Positions 51,442 to 60,671 of a DNA stretch of 64,000 nt are shown in pieces. The notes under the pieces are model-generated. The model was given only the letters and a program-made list of their open reading frames with translations, was not told the origin of the DNA and ran no database searches. Location of the stretch: positions 124,001-188,000 of the IMG/VR virus record IMGVR_UViG_3300027759_000046, one strand, 5' to 3'. Position numbers and translations under genes: made by a program. Numbering within the stretch: the first letter of the stretch is position 1; each line of letters starts with the position of its first letter.

Positions 51442-52560
51442 CTAGATAGCAGCTAGGTCTGCGTGTTGTAGATCCCAAGTCTTAGCGAATAGATTTCCAC
51501 CGTCGACCTTGAAACGTTTTGAGTTCTCGAAGTTGAAGATCGACTGGTGACTTCCAATCCATGTCAACTCGTTAACTACATCCCATACAGTAGCATCAGT
51601 CTTGATAAACTTCTTCTGTGCGTCTGTTAGGGTCAATGGGTTGTGGCCCTTACGGAAGATACGTTTTGTTGCCGCATCGTATTCTGGAAAGAACTGTTGT
51701 TCTGCTGCCTTGATTAGGTGAGCCTTCATGTCAGGATTTTCTTCCTTGATCTGGCCAGTTACTGAGTACATCGCTCGCTCTAATTCTCCGTAGCTTGCAC
51801 GTGTTGTCATCGCTGTTTCCAATCTGTCTTGGAAAGTTCTTGGTACAAATCCTACCTTTGCCCAACCGTTCATGCTCGTTAAGAGTTCGCGGAAAGCGTC
51901 TTGGCCTTTACCAAACTCGAATGCTGTATTCAAGTTTCTGGCTACTGCACCGTTTGCGCAGCTTAGGCGTAAGAAGAAGTCGTCTACTCTTGAGTTGATA
52001 TTGGAGTTTACTAGGGAGATCCCGAAGCGGAACACCTCGTCCTTACCGATCTTCTCAAAGCCTACTTGACTGCCGTGGATGAGGTTGATACTTAAGCCGT
52101 TCTTGCCGCCATGGTCGATTGACTCTACATGCATGTCGGGGATCTCGTTAAGGATCGTCTCCGCCGTGTTGAATAGGGTCTCATTGCTTAGACGATGGTA
52201 ACGATCTGCCTTTACGATATCGCCAACTTCGCGTTTGTCCGCATCGCCGATAAGTAAGAACTCTTTTGAACCGTCACGCGTTTCTGAATAGGCTTTAACT
52301 GCCTGTAATAGTTTGGTCGCGACAGCTCTGTCCTCGTTCTTGTCCATGCGGCTAAGCAACGTGGATTGGATATTGACTGCCTGTCCCAAGCGGTTGAAGA
52401 ACCTGTTAGAGACTGGGATACGTGCGCCATCGATAAAGATGCATCCGTTCTTGATTGAACTATCGTCGATCTGAATATCAGATAACTTAACTCGCTTTGT
52501 TAGCGGATCCTGTCCTGCGAGATTTGCTTTGCTTTCGCTAAATTGACTTTGATTAATCAT
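51442..52560 (-). CDS. DUF932/DUF945-like protein
   Basis: Y.RLSN, FGISLVNS and LRLSCANG motifs. Confidence 0.6.
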   Translation of the reverse strand: MINQSQFSESKANLAGQDPLTKRVKLSDIQIDDSSIKNGCIFIDGARIPVSNRFFNRLGQAVNIQSTLLSRMDKNEDRAVATKLLQAVKAYSETRDGSKEFLLIGDADKREVGDIVKADRYHRLSNETLFNTAETILNEIPDMHVESIDHGGKNGLSINLIHGSQVGFEKIGKDEVFRFGISLVNSNINSRVDDFFLRLSCANGAVARNLNTAFEFGKGQDAFRELLTSMNGWAKVGFVPRTFQDRLETAMTTRASYGELERAMYSVTGQIKEENPDMKAHLIKAAEQQFFPEYDAATKRIFRKGHNPLTLTDAQKKFIKTDATVWDVVNELTWIGSHQSIFNFENSKRFKVDGGNLFAKTWDLQHADLAAI

Positions 52561-52588
52561 GTGGTATATGGTTTTTTGGTTTATATTA

Positions 52589-53689
52589 TTATACTAAATT
52601 GTCTGTAGCTTCGTCCGTTTGCGGAGCAATAGTTTCCTCTTCAGTTGGGGTCTTAACTGATAAGAAGAGATCGTTGAACTTGTGTTCCAACTCCTGACGA
52701 CGAGCTGACTCCTCATCCGCAAGTTTAGCAACCTCGGTCTCCTGTCTCCATGAGGTCTCGTCCCACTTGACTTCACCGTTTACTAGGGAGTAGTATAGAC
52801 GCTTACCGACTAGGCTTCCTCCACGTCTGTTCTTTGAGAACTCTACGAAACGTCTGCCTGACTCGTCGAACTTGATCTCCATCATGGATGTGGTCGCATG
52901 TTTAAGATAGGTAGATCCTACATACTGTCCGCCTTTCGTCATGTGCTGAATTGCAAAGATTGTTTTGCCGTGTTTGTCAGCAGCTTCGATGATGAGGTTG
53001 GTCAGCCATGTCTGGGCTCTCGTAGATTTCCAGCCTAGGATATCCGCAAGCTTTACAATAATATCCTGATGAGAGTCAATCAAGATTACGTCGTGATCCC
53101 CTTTGATTGTGTCTTCCAACACCTTGTCGAAACGACCCATCACGTAGTCCATAACCAATAAGGTCGGAACGTTCGCAATGATTGGGGTTTTTTGGAAGTA
53201 GAAGTAGAGATCGTTACGAGTCATCTCACTTGAGATGTAGAGGATCTTGGCCTCGGGCTGTACTCGCTTGATCTTAGAGATAAGATCCAATGTCACGGTT
53301 GATTTACCTACGCCCGACTCGCCGATTACAATATTAGCAGTTCCCGAAAAGATACCACCGTCTTCCGTATGGTCCGAGAAAAGCTTGTCAATAATACCGC
53401 CCGTCTTGTAGGCTTTAAACTCTGGGAAATCCATCTCACCGATCTCGATAATCTCGGCCACCATGTCTTGGGGTACCTCGATGGTAGGGGTTACTAGGGA
53501 GTCCGTCGTGATACCGGCTCTGAGCTTCTTTATTACTCCATTGAAGAGACCGTAACTCACATTGGCATCTGCACCTGTGGTCATGAACTCTGTGTAGAGC
53601 TGCTGTACTGTCTTGTCCGTTGGGACCTCGCCGTTATGGCTTTGTTCGAAGAAGGTTCGAACCGTAAGTTCTTTTTTTCCGATCTGCAT
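52589..53689 (-). CDS. RecA/RadA(Sms)-like ATPase
   Basis: GGIFSG...GESGVGKST, YISSEM, ILIDS, H.TK.G...G...LKH, KNRRG; lacks Zn finger and Lon-like domain. Confidence 0.8.
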   Translation of the reverse strand: MQIGKKELTVRTFFEQSHNGEVPTDKTVQQLYTEFMTTGADANVSYGLFNGVIKKLRAGITTDSLVTPTIEVPQDMVAEIIEIGEMDFPEFKAYKTGGIIDKLFSDHTEDGGIFSGTANIVIGESGVGKSTVTLDLISKIKRVQPEAKILYISSEMTRNDLYFYFQKTPIIANVPTLLVMDYVMGRFDKVLEDTIKGDHDVILIDSHQDIIVKLADILGWKSTRAQTWLTNLIIEAADKHGKTIFAIQHMTKGGQYVGSTYLKHATTSMMEIKFDESGRRFVEFSKNRRGGSLVGKRLYYSLVNGEVKWDETSWRQETEVAKLADEESARRQELEHKFNDLFLSVKTPTEEETIAPQTDEATDNLV

Positions 53690-53805
53690 ATTTTATTTGG
53701 GGTTAATTGGTTTATAATATTATACTACAGTTCTGCAGTTTTGGCTTCAGTTCTTCAGTTTTTTATTATTTATTTAGACTGAAGAACCGGCCGGACTAGG
53801 GAGTA

Positions 53806-53979
53806 CTACTCATCAAAGTACAGGAACTCAACCGCTTCCGCGCATTCAAACATTCCAAGGTCTTCGAACATGGTGTAGGCTCCGTCAGCATCGCTCATCG
53901 CGACCACCTCCATTGCCTGGTACACGGCGTCCTCGCCGAACTGGGCTATTGCTGCATCTATTTTTTCTTGTGTTACCAT
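53806..53979 (-). CDS. Small acidic protein (57 aa, not in ORF track)
   Basis: MVTQEKIDAAIAQFGEDAVYQAMEVVAMSDADGAYTMFEDLG...FDE. Confidence 0.7.
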   Translation of the reverse strand: MVTQEKIDAAIAQFGEDAVYQAMEVVAMSDADGAYTMFEDLGMFECAEAVEFLYFDE

Positions 53980-53984
53980 AGTTT

Positions 53985-54122
53985 CTATTTTATAATGATT
54001 GTAAATTCTGAACCGAAAGCCATTTGATATTCGCGCTCCAACTCTCTGGCCTCTTTAAGAGTTTTGGCGGTGTCAACTACCTCGCGACCGTAGCGCGATA
54101 CTGCTATGATTTTATATGTCAT
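53985..54122 (-). CDS. Small protein (45 aa, not in ORF track)
   Basis: MTYKIIAVSRYGREVVDTAKTLKEARELEREYQMAFGSEFTIIIK. Confidence 0.7.
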   Translation of the reverse strand: MTYKIIAVSRYGREVVDTAKTLKEARELEREYQMAFGSEFTIIIK

Positions 54123-54124
54123 GA

Positions 54125-54538
54125 TTAGATTGATTTTAAAAGTTGAGTAAATGTTTGAGCTTCAGCAAGTGGCTTATCAAAACCAGTTGCTCGTGAAAAT
54201 GCTTCGGCCTTGCCGTTGTGGCCAGATTTACCGGTTACCCAGAAGAGTACCTCACCGGATTCGCGATCGCAGATTGAGAAGGAATCGTATAGAGGTCCGC
54301 TCATTGGGCAATTGTTCTTGAAGAACACATAGGTCTTTGTACAATCGATAGCACGACCTGATTCGCGAAGCGCATTGACGAACTTGATTACTTGACCCTG
54401 TAGTTTCTTTGCTCTCATGGGTAGAGATGAGTCCTTACAGAACCAATCATAGAAGTCATGGCAATGTGGATAAAGAGCTGATTGGCCTTGGGCCCATGCG
54501 TACATTTGGTCTGCGATTGATACTTGATTTTCTGTCAT
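54125..54538 (-). CDS. Early hypothetical protein
   Basis: DWFCKD...FKNNCP...LYD.F.ICD. Confidence 0.75.
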   Translation of the reverse strand: MTENQVSIADQMYAWAQGQSALYPHCHDFYDWFCKDSSLPMRAKKLQGQVIKFVNALRESGRAIDCTKTYVFFKNNCPMSGPLYDSFSICDRESGEVLFWVTGKSGHNGKAEAFSRATGFDKPLAEAQTFTQLLKSI

Positions 54539-54575
54539 ACGTTAAAGGTTTAATGGTTTAAGAATTAATTGATAT

Positions 54576-54660
54576 GTAAATATAATACATTAGTTTGACA
54601 CTAAAAAACTTTTTATGACTTATTTTCAAAAAAGTTATTAACATTGGATTGTTAATAACT
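54576..54660 (-). promoter_or_regulatory. Early promoter cassette with phased GTTATTAACA box (inverted pair here)
   Basis: TGTTAATAAC-TTTTTTGAAAATAAGTCATAAAAAGTTTT...TATATTTAC. Confidence 0.8.
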
Positions 54661-54736
54661 CGCAGAGTCTGAGGCAGGTCGGAGTATACCTCCCGCTTCC
54701 TTGTTCCGAACCGTCCCGTCTAGATTGATTGACATA

Positions 54737-54804
54737 GTAAATATAATAAAAAACCCTGAATCTAAAAAATCCAGGGTCATTTATTTTCAGGAAAGTTATT
54801 AACA
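54737..54804 (-). promoter_or_regulatory. Early promoter cassette
   Basis: Box 58 bp from the TATATTTAC element; drives a ~75-nt non-coding stretch. Confidence 0.75.
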
Positions 54805-54808
54805 ATTT

Positions 54809-55033
54809 CTAGTGTTCAGGAATCTCTAATTCTAGGTCTCCGATCTTTACTGTCTTGCCGATGAGGTCTCGACTGCTTGCCGCTTTGGCATGGCCGCGGT
54901 GGTCATGGTAATCAAGGTCTATTTCTTCAGTCGCGTTCGCAAGTAGGTTAAACATCTGTTCCGGTTCTTTTACACAAACCTCCCTGCCGTTTTCATAAAG
55001 GTATAGTCGTACTATCTCGTTCATGGTGGTCAT
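54809..55033 (-). CDS. Early hypothetical protein
   Basis: 74-aa ORF. Confidence 0.7.
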   Translation of the reverse strand: MTTMNEIVRLYLYENGREVCVKEPEQMFNLLANATEEIDLDYHDHRGHAKAASSRDLIGKTVKIGDLELEIPEH

Positions 55034-55065
55034 GGGTTTTTTGTTATTTAATAAAAAGAAAGGGG

Positions 55066-55446
55066 TTATAAACCCCTTTGCAATATTTCCTTTTCTCTTT
55101 GAGTTAGGGACTCAACTCCCGATCTCGAAATTTTATCAAGGATTTCGTCCACCGTTAAATCCGGTGTTGCAGTTTGCGCTGCCGTTTTGAGTACCGCATT
55201 GATCGCTTGCATCAACGCCTCAGGAAGATTTAGGTTCACCTTAGTTTCTTCCATTAAGAAGAATGTGGCTCCTGTTTCCTTCACATCCTGGGTGATCTCT
55301 TCCTCTGATGATTGAGTATTAAAGACCGACAGGATTGCGCCCGGAATTGGTGCGGCGAATGCGGGTCCTACAATGTGGGGTTTCAACGCTTGTGAAACCG
55401 CTGGGTTCGGAGCTGAGCCGAATCGAACTAAGAATAATTTTTTCAT
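55066..55446 (-). CDS. Protein with C-terminal DUF6576-like domain
   Basis: VDEILDKISRSGVESLTQREKEIL. Confidence 0.7.
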   Translation of the reverse strand: MKKLFLVRFGSAPNPAVSQALKPHIVGPAFAAPIPGAILSVFNTQSSEEEITQDVKETGATFFLMEETKVNLNLPEALMQAINAVLKTAAQTATPDLTVDEILDKISRSGVESLTQREKEILQRGL

Positions 55447-55469
55447 ATTTGGTTAGATTGATTTATAAA

Positions 55470-55537
55470 GCTAATATACAACAAAACTTTTAAATAAAAA
55501 AACTTTTGATGAATTATTTTCAGAAAAGTTATTAACA
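55470..55537 (-). promoter_or_regulatory. Early promoter cassette
   Basis: TGTATATTAGC element with box at 58 bp. Confidence 0.8.
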
Positions 55538-55589
55538 AAAAAGGGAGCCACATGGACTCCCGATCTTGTCAATAAACCAATTTTACCAA

Positions 55590-55886
55590 TTATACCAAAT
55601 GTAGTATCTCAGCTAGAGCGCGATCAGTTACTCGTCGGCTCATACCTCCAATATGCCATTCAATAGTTTCTTCTTTCGAGATGCGACGGTATTCTTTCCA
55701 GTCGTAGATGGTAAATACATCTCCTTCTTCCGTTTCGCAAATCCATTCGAAATTTACTTTATCTTCTCCAGTATTATCTTCAATCGTGGGTTCTCCAAGG
55801 ATTGCGATAAGGTCATTCACTGAACACTTTAATACTGTATCGTGGAACGAGGTTCCGCCTGCACGCTTTTCGGTTTTTCTAGCCAT
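55590..55886 (-). CDS. Early hypothetical protein
   Basis: DKVNFEW...FTIYDWK...WHIGG; promoter TGTATATTAGC at 55913-55923. Confidence 0.75.
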   Translation of the reverse strand: MARKTEKRAGGTSFHDTVLKCSVNDLIAILGEPTIEDNTGEDKVNFEWICETEEGDVFTIYDWKEYRRISKEETIEWHIGGMSRRVTDRALAEILHLV

Positions 55887-55950
55887 GGTTATTTTTTTAG
55901 TTGGTTGATAAAGCTAATATACAACAAAAACCTGATACTGGAAAATCTTT

Positions 55951-56274
55951 TTAAATATTTTTTACAGGTATTTTCTCGATCAAGGCTAGGCTGCCAAGCG
56001 GAGACCACATAGCCTCTTCATAGCTTTCAAACCGGGACCGGTCCCATAGCCAGACCAGACCGTGCTTCTTCCATTCCTCTCGCGCTGCACGCTCTGTCCT
56101 GCTTGCTTCGGCGATCTGCATCTGAAACAAGGCAATTGCATACACGGCTTTAAATGTTCCGCAGACACAGACAGGTTTTTCTTCTTCCCCTACACGAGAG
56201 GTTAGCAACCAGACTTCTTTATTTTTCCGGGTTGGACTAGGCATGTTAATCTCTTTTTTCTGGTACGAATACAC
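55951..56274 (-). CDS. Hypothetical protein
   Basis: 107-aa ORF. Confidence 0.6.
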   Translation of the reverse strand: MYSYQKKEINMPSPTRKNKEVWLLTSRVGEEEKPVCVCGTFKAVYAIALFQMQIAEASRTERAAREEWKKHGLVWLWDRSRFESYEEAMWSPLGSLALIEKIPVKNI

Positions 56275-56353
56275 AGTAGATACAGAATGCTACACTTACT
56301 AGGATTGCTATTGCGCACATGGTTGAATGGATTAAGGGGTTAATAATATTATC

Positions 56354-56602
56354 TTACCCAAGTTCTTCACTTAACTTCTTGAGGTCAGCACATTTCTCGT
56401 ACTGCTCTTTCTTTTCAAAATGCAAGATCATGGTCCAGATAGCCTGTTTCTTTTCTTCCATTGGGGTTCCATCGTGCACGACATCTCTGAATTCGCCGGC
56501 CAGTGCTTCATAGAGTCTGTCCATGAATCCATCGTAATCTGATTCGCGCAGCCGGATAAGTTCCAGCAGGATATCGTTGTATGTTCTGGTTTTCTTTGCC
56601 AT
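56354..56602 (-). CDS. Hypothetical protein with UVR-like C-terminus
   Basis: FEKKEQYEKCADLKKL. Confidence 0.65.
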   Translation of the reverse strand: MAKKTRTYNDILLELIRLRESDYDGFMDRLYEALAGEFRDVVHDGTPMEEKKQAIWTMILHFEKKEQYEKCADLKKLSEELG

Positions 56603-56721
56603 ATCTTTATTATTTATTCTTGTTTATTTAGAGTCACTCAGCGTGAATCTTAGCTTGTCTATAATATAGTACTAAAAAAGGGTCTTCGGAACACCGAGAC
56701 CCTTAATAATAATTTGGATTA

Positions 56722-57048
56722 CTAGATAAATTGGGTTAGGTAGCCGGTCGGCCAGCCCTCATCGTCCTGTTCAAAGTCCATGTCTGTCTGAATCAGGTCC
56801 GAGTAAATGCTTAGCTTCTCGCGTGGTTCCAGCCCGGCAAAGCAGTTAGAGATTAGGGTATCTACTGATTCGTCTGGTACAAACTCATCGTCCAACCTGA
56901 CTGAACCATCTTCTAACATGAAGATGTCTACTGCTAAGTTCTCTCGCATTATGTCTATTGCATCTGCTGCATTTAACTCTGCAAGGTAAGCGTCTACTTG
57001 TTCGAACGCTTCTTCAATTGGAACTCTTAATAGGTCTGGATTTCTCAT
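56722..57048 (-). CDS. Acidic hypothetical protein
   Basis: 108-aa ORF. Confidence 0.7.
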   Translation of the reverse strand: MRNPDLLRVPIEEAFEQVDAYLAELNAADAIDIMRENLAVDIFMLEDGSVRLDDEFVPDESVDTLISNCFAGLEPREKLSIYSDLIQTDMDFEQDDEGWPTGYLTQFI

Positions 57049-57061
57049 TGTTAAATCTTGG

Positions 57062-57187
57062 TTAGGGTTGATAAAAGAATAGAATACACGTTGCTACTAC
57101 TGCGAGAGCAATGATAATCAATGCTCCATTAATTAGAGAATCTCTTCTCATCATTTTAACTTCTTTTTCTGAAAATTTCTTTGCCAT
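57062..57187 (-). CDS. Small membrane protein (41 aa, not in ORF track)
   Basis: MAKKFSEKEVKMMRRDSLINGALIIIALAVVATCILFFYQP. Confidence 0.6.
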   Translation of the reverse strand: MAKKFSEKEVKMMRRDSLINGALIIIALAVVATCILFFYQP

Positions 57188-57223
57188 CTTTTTTATATTT
57201 TAATTGATTAATAATTTAGGTAA

Positions 57224-57679
57224 TTAGGCGGCGTTCTTTACGAACGCCTTGTCTGCCCATGTCTTAGCTCCAGCCATCCTATAATTATTCTGACTGTATA
57301 GATTAGTATTAGACCAGTCTTGATTGATGTCGCCCACTTCCATTGCCAGGAACATGTCCGAATCCATTAACTTGATCTTGTTACCTGACCTTGCGAATAC
57401 AGTGATGAAGGTTTCTGATCCTTCTGCTCTGAACTCGATTGTCTGCAACGCGCCTTTTTTAAATCCTCTGAATACATCCATTGCAGAGTTCCAAGACTGT
57501 CTTCCCCAATTTGCTCTAATGCCATGGTCTTCAACGACTGTCATGAAGCCTGCCTGTACTCGAACGATTGCGCGGTATTCGCCTTTACGGCCTTGGATAA
57601 AATCCACTTGGCTGATTCTCTCCGCATTGAAGATTTCAACTGATGGTTTGTAGTCTGGATTAAATTGTTTCTTTTTCAT
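57224..57679 (-). CDS. Early hypothetical protein
   Basis: 151-aa ORF; partial promoter cassette at 57704-57755. Confidence 0.75.
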   Translation of the reverse strand: MKKKQFNPDYKPSVEIFNAERISQVDFIQGRKGEYRAIVRVQAGFMTVVEDHGIRANWGRQSWNSAMDVFRGFKKGALQTIEFRAEGSETFITVFARSGNKIKLMDSDMFLAMEVGDINQDWSNTNLYSQNNYRMAGAKTWADKAFVKNAA

Positions 57680-57754
57680 GGTTGATTGATTTGGTTTATA
57701 ATAGTAAATATAATACTTATTCTTGACAGTAAAAAACTTTTTATGAATTATTTT

Positions 57755-58063
57755 TTAAAATCTTTCTGAACCTAAATGAGAGCAGGCAGAAGAGTATCTC
57801 TCGAGAAGGTTGCTGCCGGCTAGCAGAAGAAAGCTTGAACCTGCAATTCCACGGATCTTATAATCTTCAGGTACTATAACACTGCCAAGTCTGCTGCCGC
57901 CTGAATCCAGTGTCATAATGAATCTACCTTCTCGAACCACTATGAATTCGGAAGAGAAGCCTTCCATCGTAGAGCCCGACGCAATTTGAGTCCAGCCAAT
58001 TTCTTGACCAGACTCGTTTAAGATTTGGAGGCTTGAACCTCGTTGTATAACATTACCTATCAT
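57755..58063 (-). CDS. Hypothetical beta-rich protein
   Basis: 102-aa ORF with a two-fold internal repeat-like pattern. Confidence 0.65.
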   Translation of the reverse strand: MIGNVIQRGSSLQILNESGQEIGWTQIASGSTMEGFSSEFIVVREGRFIMTLDSGGSRLGSVIVPEDYKIRGIAGSSFLLLAGSNLLERYSSACSHLGSERF

Positions 58064-58278
58064 GCTGTTGTCTTTGAATTTTTAATACACTCTTGAAATT
58101 CTTCTTCCGTCAGGTCAGGTATATCCTGAGTTACAAGCTTTAGCAGGGTTGCTGCTTCTATCTCTGTTACTAGGGAGTCCTTATTGACTTTGCCCTTAAA
58201 AGGATCTCCTTCAGAGAATAGAATCTCGACTGCGGTCTCTGCCCAGAAGCGGGCTTCTAATTGAGTTGTCATTATCAT
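58060..58278 (-). CDS. Hypothetical protein
   Basis: 72-aa ORF. Confidence 0.65.
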   Translation of the reverse strand: MIMTTQLEARFWAETAVEILFSEGDPFKGKVNKDSLVTEIEAATLLKLVTQDIPDLTEEEFQECIKNSKTTA

Positions 58279-58994
58279 ACGCCTACCTCCTTTCTCATTT
58301 TAGCACGAGCAACCTTAAGGGCACGGTTAACTTCGACTGGGGTTTTACCTACTGCATCCGCAACTTCCTTGGTAGAGAGACCGTCTCCAACGAGACCGTA
58401 GAACAACTCGACGATTTGACGTTCAGTTGGTTTAAGAACGTTAAGTACTCTACGGAGTATTCGGGTTTGGTCCTCACTATCGAATGGGTCTTGGAAATCT
58501 TCTCTTAACAAGAGATCGCCTACTGTATCGTCGCCATCCTCGCCGATTGGACGATCCAATTGGATGTTACGCATGTTAATGCTTTCGCCTGCCATCTTAC
58601 GTTTGTAAAGATCGTATTCCTGATTTACTGGAATTCGGACAGTACGACCGACTTCGCAAAGAGCAAGGTTTAATCTCTTACGAATCCAGAACTGAGCGTA
58701 AGTAATAAACTTTACGTCTTTATCTGGGGTAAAACGACGAGCAGCTTCGATAAGACCCGCATTACCTTCTTGGATTAAGTCATCGATGGAAAGACCCATA
58801 CCGATAAACTTGTTTGCAAGAGTAACAACGAACTTAAGATTCGCTTGTACTAATTGATGCATTGCTCGCTCATCTCCTTTCTGGATGCGGACTGCTAATT
58901 GAAGTTCTTCAGCCTTGCTGAGCGGAACTGCTACGGGCGCGATATCTTTGAAATATTGCGGTAGACTTTCTGATGTTTCGAATCTTTTCGACAT
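58275..58994 (-). CDS. RNA polymerase sigma-70 family factor (regions 1.2-4)
   Basis: PLSKAEE..LA..I..GD..A...LV.ANL.FV, DLIQEGN.GL..AA..F, KFITYA.FWIR, C-terminal HTH. Confidence 0.95.
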   Translation of the reverse strand: MSKRFETSESLPQYFKDIAPVAVPLSKAEELQLAVRIQKGDERAMHQLVQANLKFVVTLANKFIGMGLSIDDLIQEGNAGLIEAARRFTPDKDVKFITYAQFWIRKRLNLALCEVGRTVRIPVNQEYDLYKRKMAGESINMRNIQLDRPIGEDGDDTVGDLLLREDFQDPFDSEDQTRILRRVLNVLKPTERQIVELFYGLVGDGLSTKEVADAVGKTPVEVNRALKVARAKMRKEVGV

Positions 58995-59024
58995 AGTTGG
59001 TTTGGTTTAATTGATTATTATAAT

Positions 59025-59092
59025 GTAAATATAAACAAAATTTCTGACAAGTAAAAACTTTTTATGACTTATTTTCAAAAAAGTTATTAACA
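59025..59092 (-). promoter_or_regulatory. Early promoter cassette driving the sigma factor
   Basis: TATATTTAC element with GTTATTAACA box at 58 bp. Confidence 0.8.
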
Positions 59093-59096
59093 ATTG

Positions 59097-59207
59097 TTAG
59101 TTAACAACTTGACCGCAATCGCAGCATTTTACAAGTTTGATTCCTGAAACGTGGCGAACTGCTACGTAAGTTCTGATGTGTTGGCATTTGGCTGATTGGT
59201 TATTCAT
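59097..59207 (-). CDS. 36-aa Cys/His peptide (not in ORF track)
   Basis: MNNQSAKCQHIRTYVAVRHVSGIKLVKCCDCGQVVN; own partial promoter cassette at 59211-59265. Confidence 0.6.
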   Translation of the reverse strand: MNNQSAKCQHIRTYVAVRHVSGIKLVKCCDCGQVVN

Positions 59208-59329
59208 AATGTAAATATAACTATAATACTTGACAGTAAAAAACTTTTTGTGAATTATTTTCAAATTATTTTATACGCGAAAAGGGGTCCAACCACGGAC
59301 CCCAATTCTATCAATCAACCAATAGTATT

Positions 59330-59611
59330 TTAATTTAAGCAGATTCCTGTTTCTCGTAACAGGTTCTCTAATTGTATATCTTCTTCAGACATGCCTGATT
59401 CTCTCTTAACCTGTTTAATACAGAACTGCATAAGCAATCGTTGAAGCTCTTGCGTACTGCGCTCGTCCTGTGTTGCGGCCAATAGGGTTATTAATCCATT
59501 ACCGATTAAGATAAGTTCTGAATCAGATGTCTTGATTCCGCCCGCGATTAGGCTATTCGCCAAGGTCTCTAGCTCGGCTCTTGTTTTTTCTCTAATTTCT
59601 TTCTTATTCAT
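59330..59611 (-). CDS. Hypothetical protein
   Basis: 93-aa ORF. Confidence 0.7.
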   Translation of the reverse strand: MNKKEIREKTRAELETLANSLIAGGIKTSDSELILIGNGLITLLAATQDERSTQELQRLLMQFCIKQVKRESGMSEEDIQLENLLRETGICLN

Positions 59612-59639
59612 GGTAGTTGATTATTGATTTAATCTTATA

Positions 59640-59834
59640 TTACTCTTTTCCAAGCGCGATGGCCTTGTTCACTTCATAGATTCTTGACCAGAATTCGTTG
59701 TATTCAAGTTGATTGTCTGGCTTTACAGTTGACTGTACTCTCGCACCGCCGCCATAGGTTAAGTCAATGGGTTCTCCGATCGTTGGATCAATTCCCTGTA
59801 ATTTATAGATTAAGGCCTTAAGTATTTTCTTCAT
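59640..59834 (-). CDS. Hypothetical protein
   Basis: 64-aa ORF. Confidence 0.65.
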   Translation of the reverse strand: MKKILKALIYKLQGIDPTIGEPIDLTYGGGARVQSTVKPDNQLEYNEFWSRIYEVNKAIALGKE

Positions 59835-59949
59835 AGTTATTAGGTTTTACAGATTAAGTTTGTTTTTTAAGGGTCACGCGATTCCCCCAGTACTACTGCG
59901 TGGTCCAGGACCCATGCCTGGGAGGCACGGAAATCCAGGACTAGGTCTA

Positions 59950-60144
59950 TTAACAGATTCGATTGGCCACAAAGCCTTGTGCATCGCTTGCGCCATAGTA
60001 TTTCTTGATCGCGGCCGGTGCGGTAGGATTATCCATCAGCCAGCCATCCGCAATATCGAACGCCATTGAATCGTCTATGTCTCCGGCATCGATTGCGCCC
60101 AGTGCAAGCTCTCGTAATTCAGTATCTAATTTTTCTTTTGTCAT
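59950..60144 (-). CDS. Hypothetical protein
   Basis: 64-aa ORF. Confidence 0.65.
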   Translation of the reverse strand: MTKEKLDTELRELALGAIDAGDIDDSMAFDIADGWLMDNPTAPAAIKKYYGASDAQGFVANRIC

Positions 60145-60203
60145 AGGTATTAGTTTTAGGGTTTAGGGTTAGATTTATAATCAACTGTTACTAGGGAGTC
60201 CGG

Positions 60204-60671
60204 CTAGGCCAGACCCTTGTCTCGTAAAAACAGGCAGCGCTGAATCCTGGTATACAGGTCCGGCAAGGAGTCTGTCATCGCTAAGATCTTCTTTAGGTCA
60301 GGCTTGGGTAGGGTTGACGCAACCATCGCAACCGCAACATCGATTGGATTACCGAGCTTCAGCTGCTCCATGATCTGGCTCGAGCCGGTTGGGCTGATTG
60401 AGCCGGGAATCTTGCACTGTGCTCCGAACTCAAATTGATAGAAGGATTGACGTTCCGTCTGATCAACTAAACTTGCATCAAGCATCTGTCTCACGCGCTG
60501 GATATGCTTGCTTGTCGTGCGGCTGTACTTGCCCTTTGTCATGAGAACTGGTCTACGGCTCAGCTCCTTTGGATAGAACTGTAGGGTCGCGACATGGGTT
60601 TCGTAGCTTATTACCTTGTTCCCAACGAGGAATAGGTTCTGTGCAATCTGTAGAGATGGTTGGAATTTCAT
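60204..60671 (-). CDS. Early hypothetical protein
   Basis: VISY.THVA...KYSRTTSKH motif; shortened promoter cassette at 60675-60721. Confidence 0.7.
   Translation of the reverse strand: MKFQPSLQIAQNLFLVGNKVISYETHVATLQFYPKELSRRPVLMTKGKYSRTTSKHIQRVRQMLDASLVDQTERQSFYQFEFGAQCKIPGSISPTGSSQIMEQLKLGNPIDVAVAMVASTLPKPDLKKILAMTDSLPDLYTRIQRCLFLRDKGLA

Noticed and set aside
60143-60162. TTTAGGG telomere-like tandem
   Set aside because: Only two copies; it is the reverse complement of an A/C-rich translation leader (AACCCTAAACCCTAAA) like other AACC-type leaders in this region
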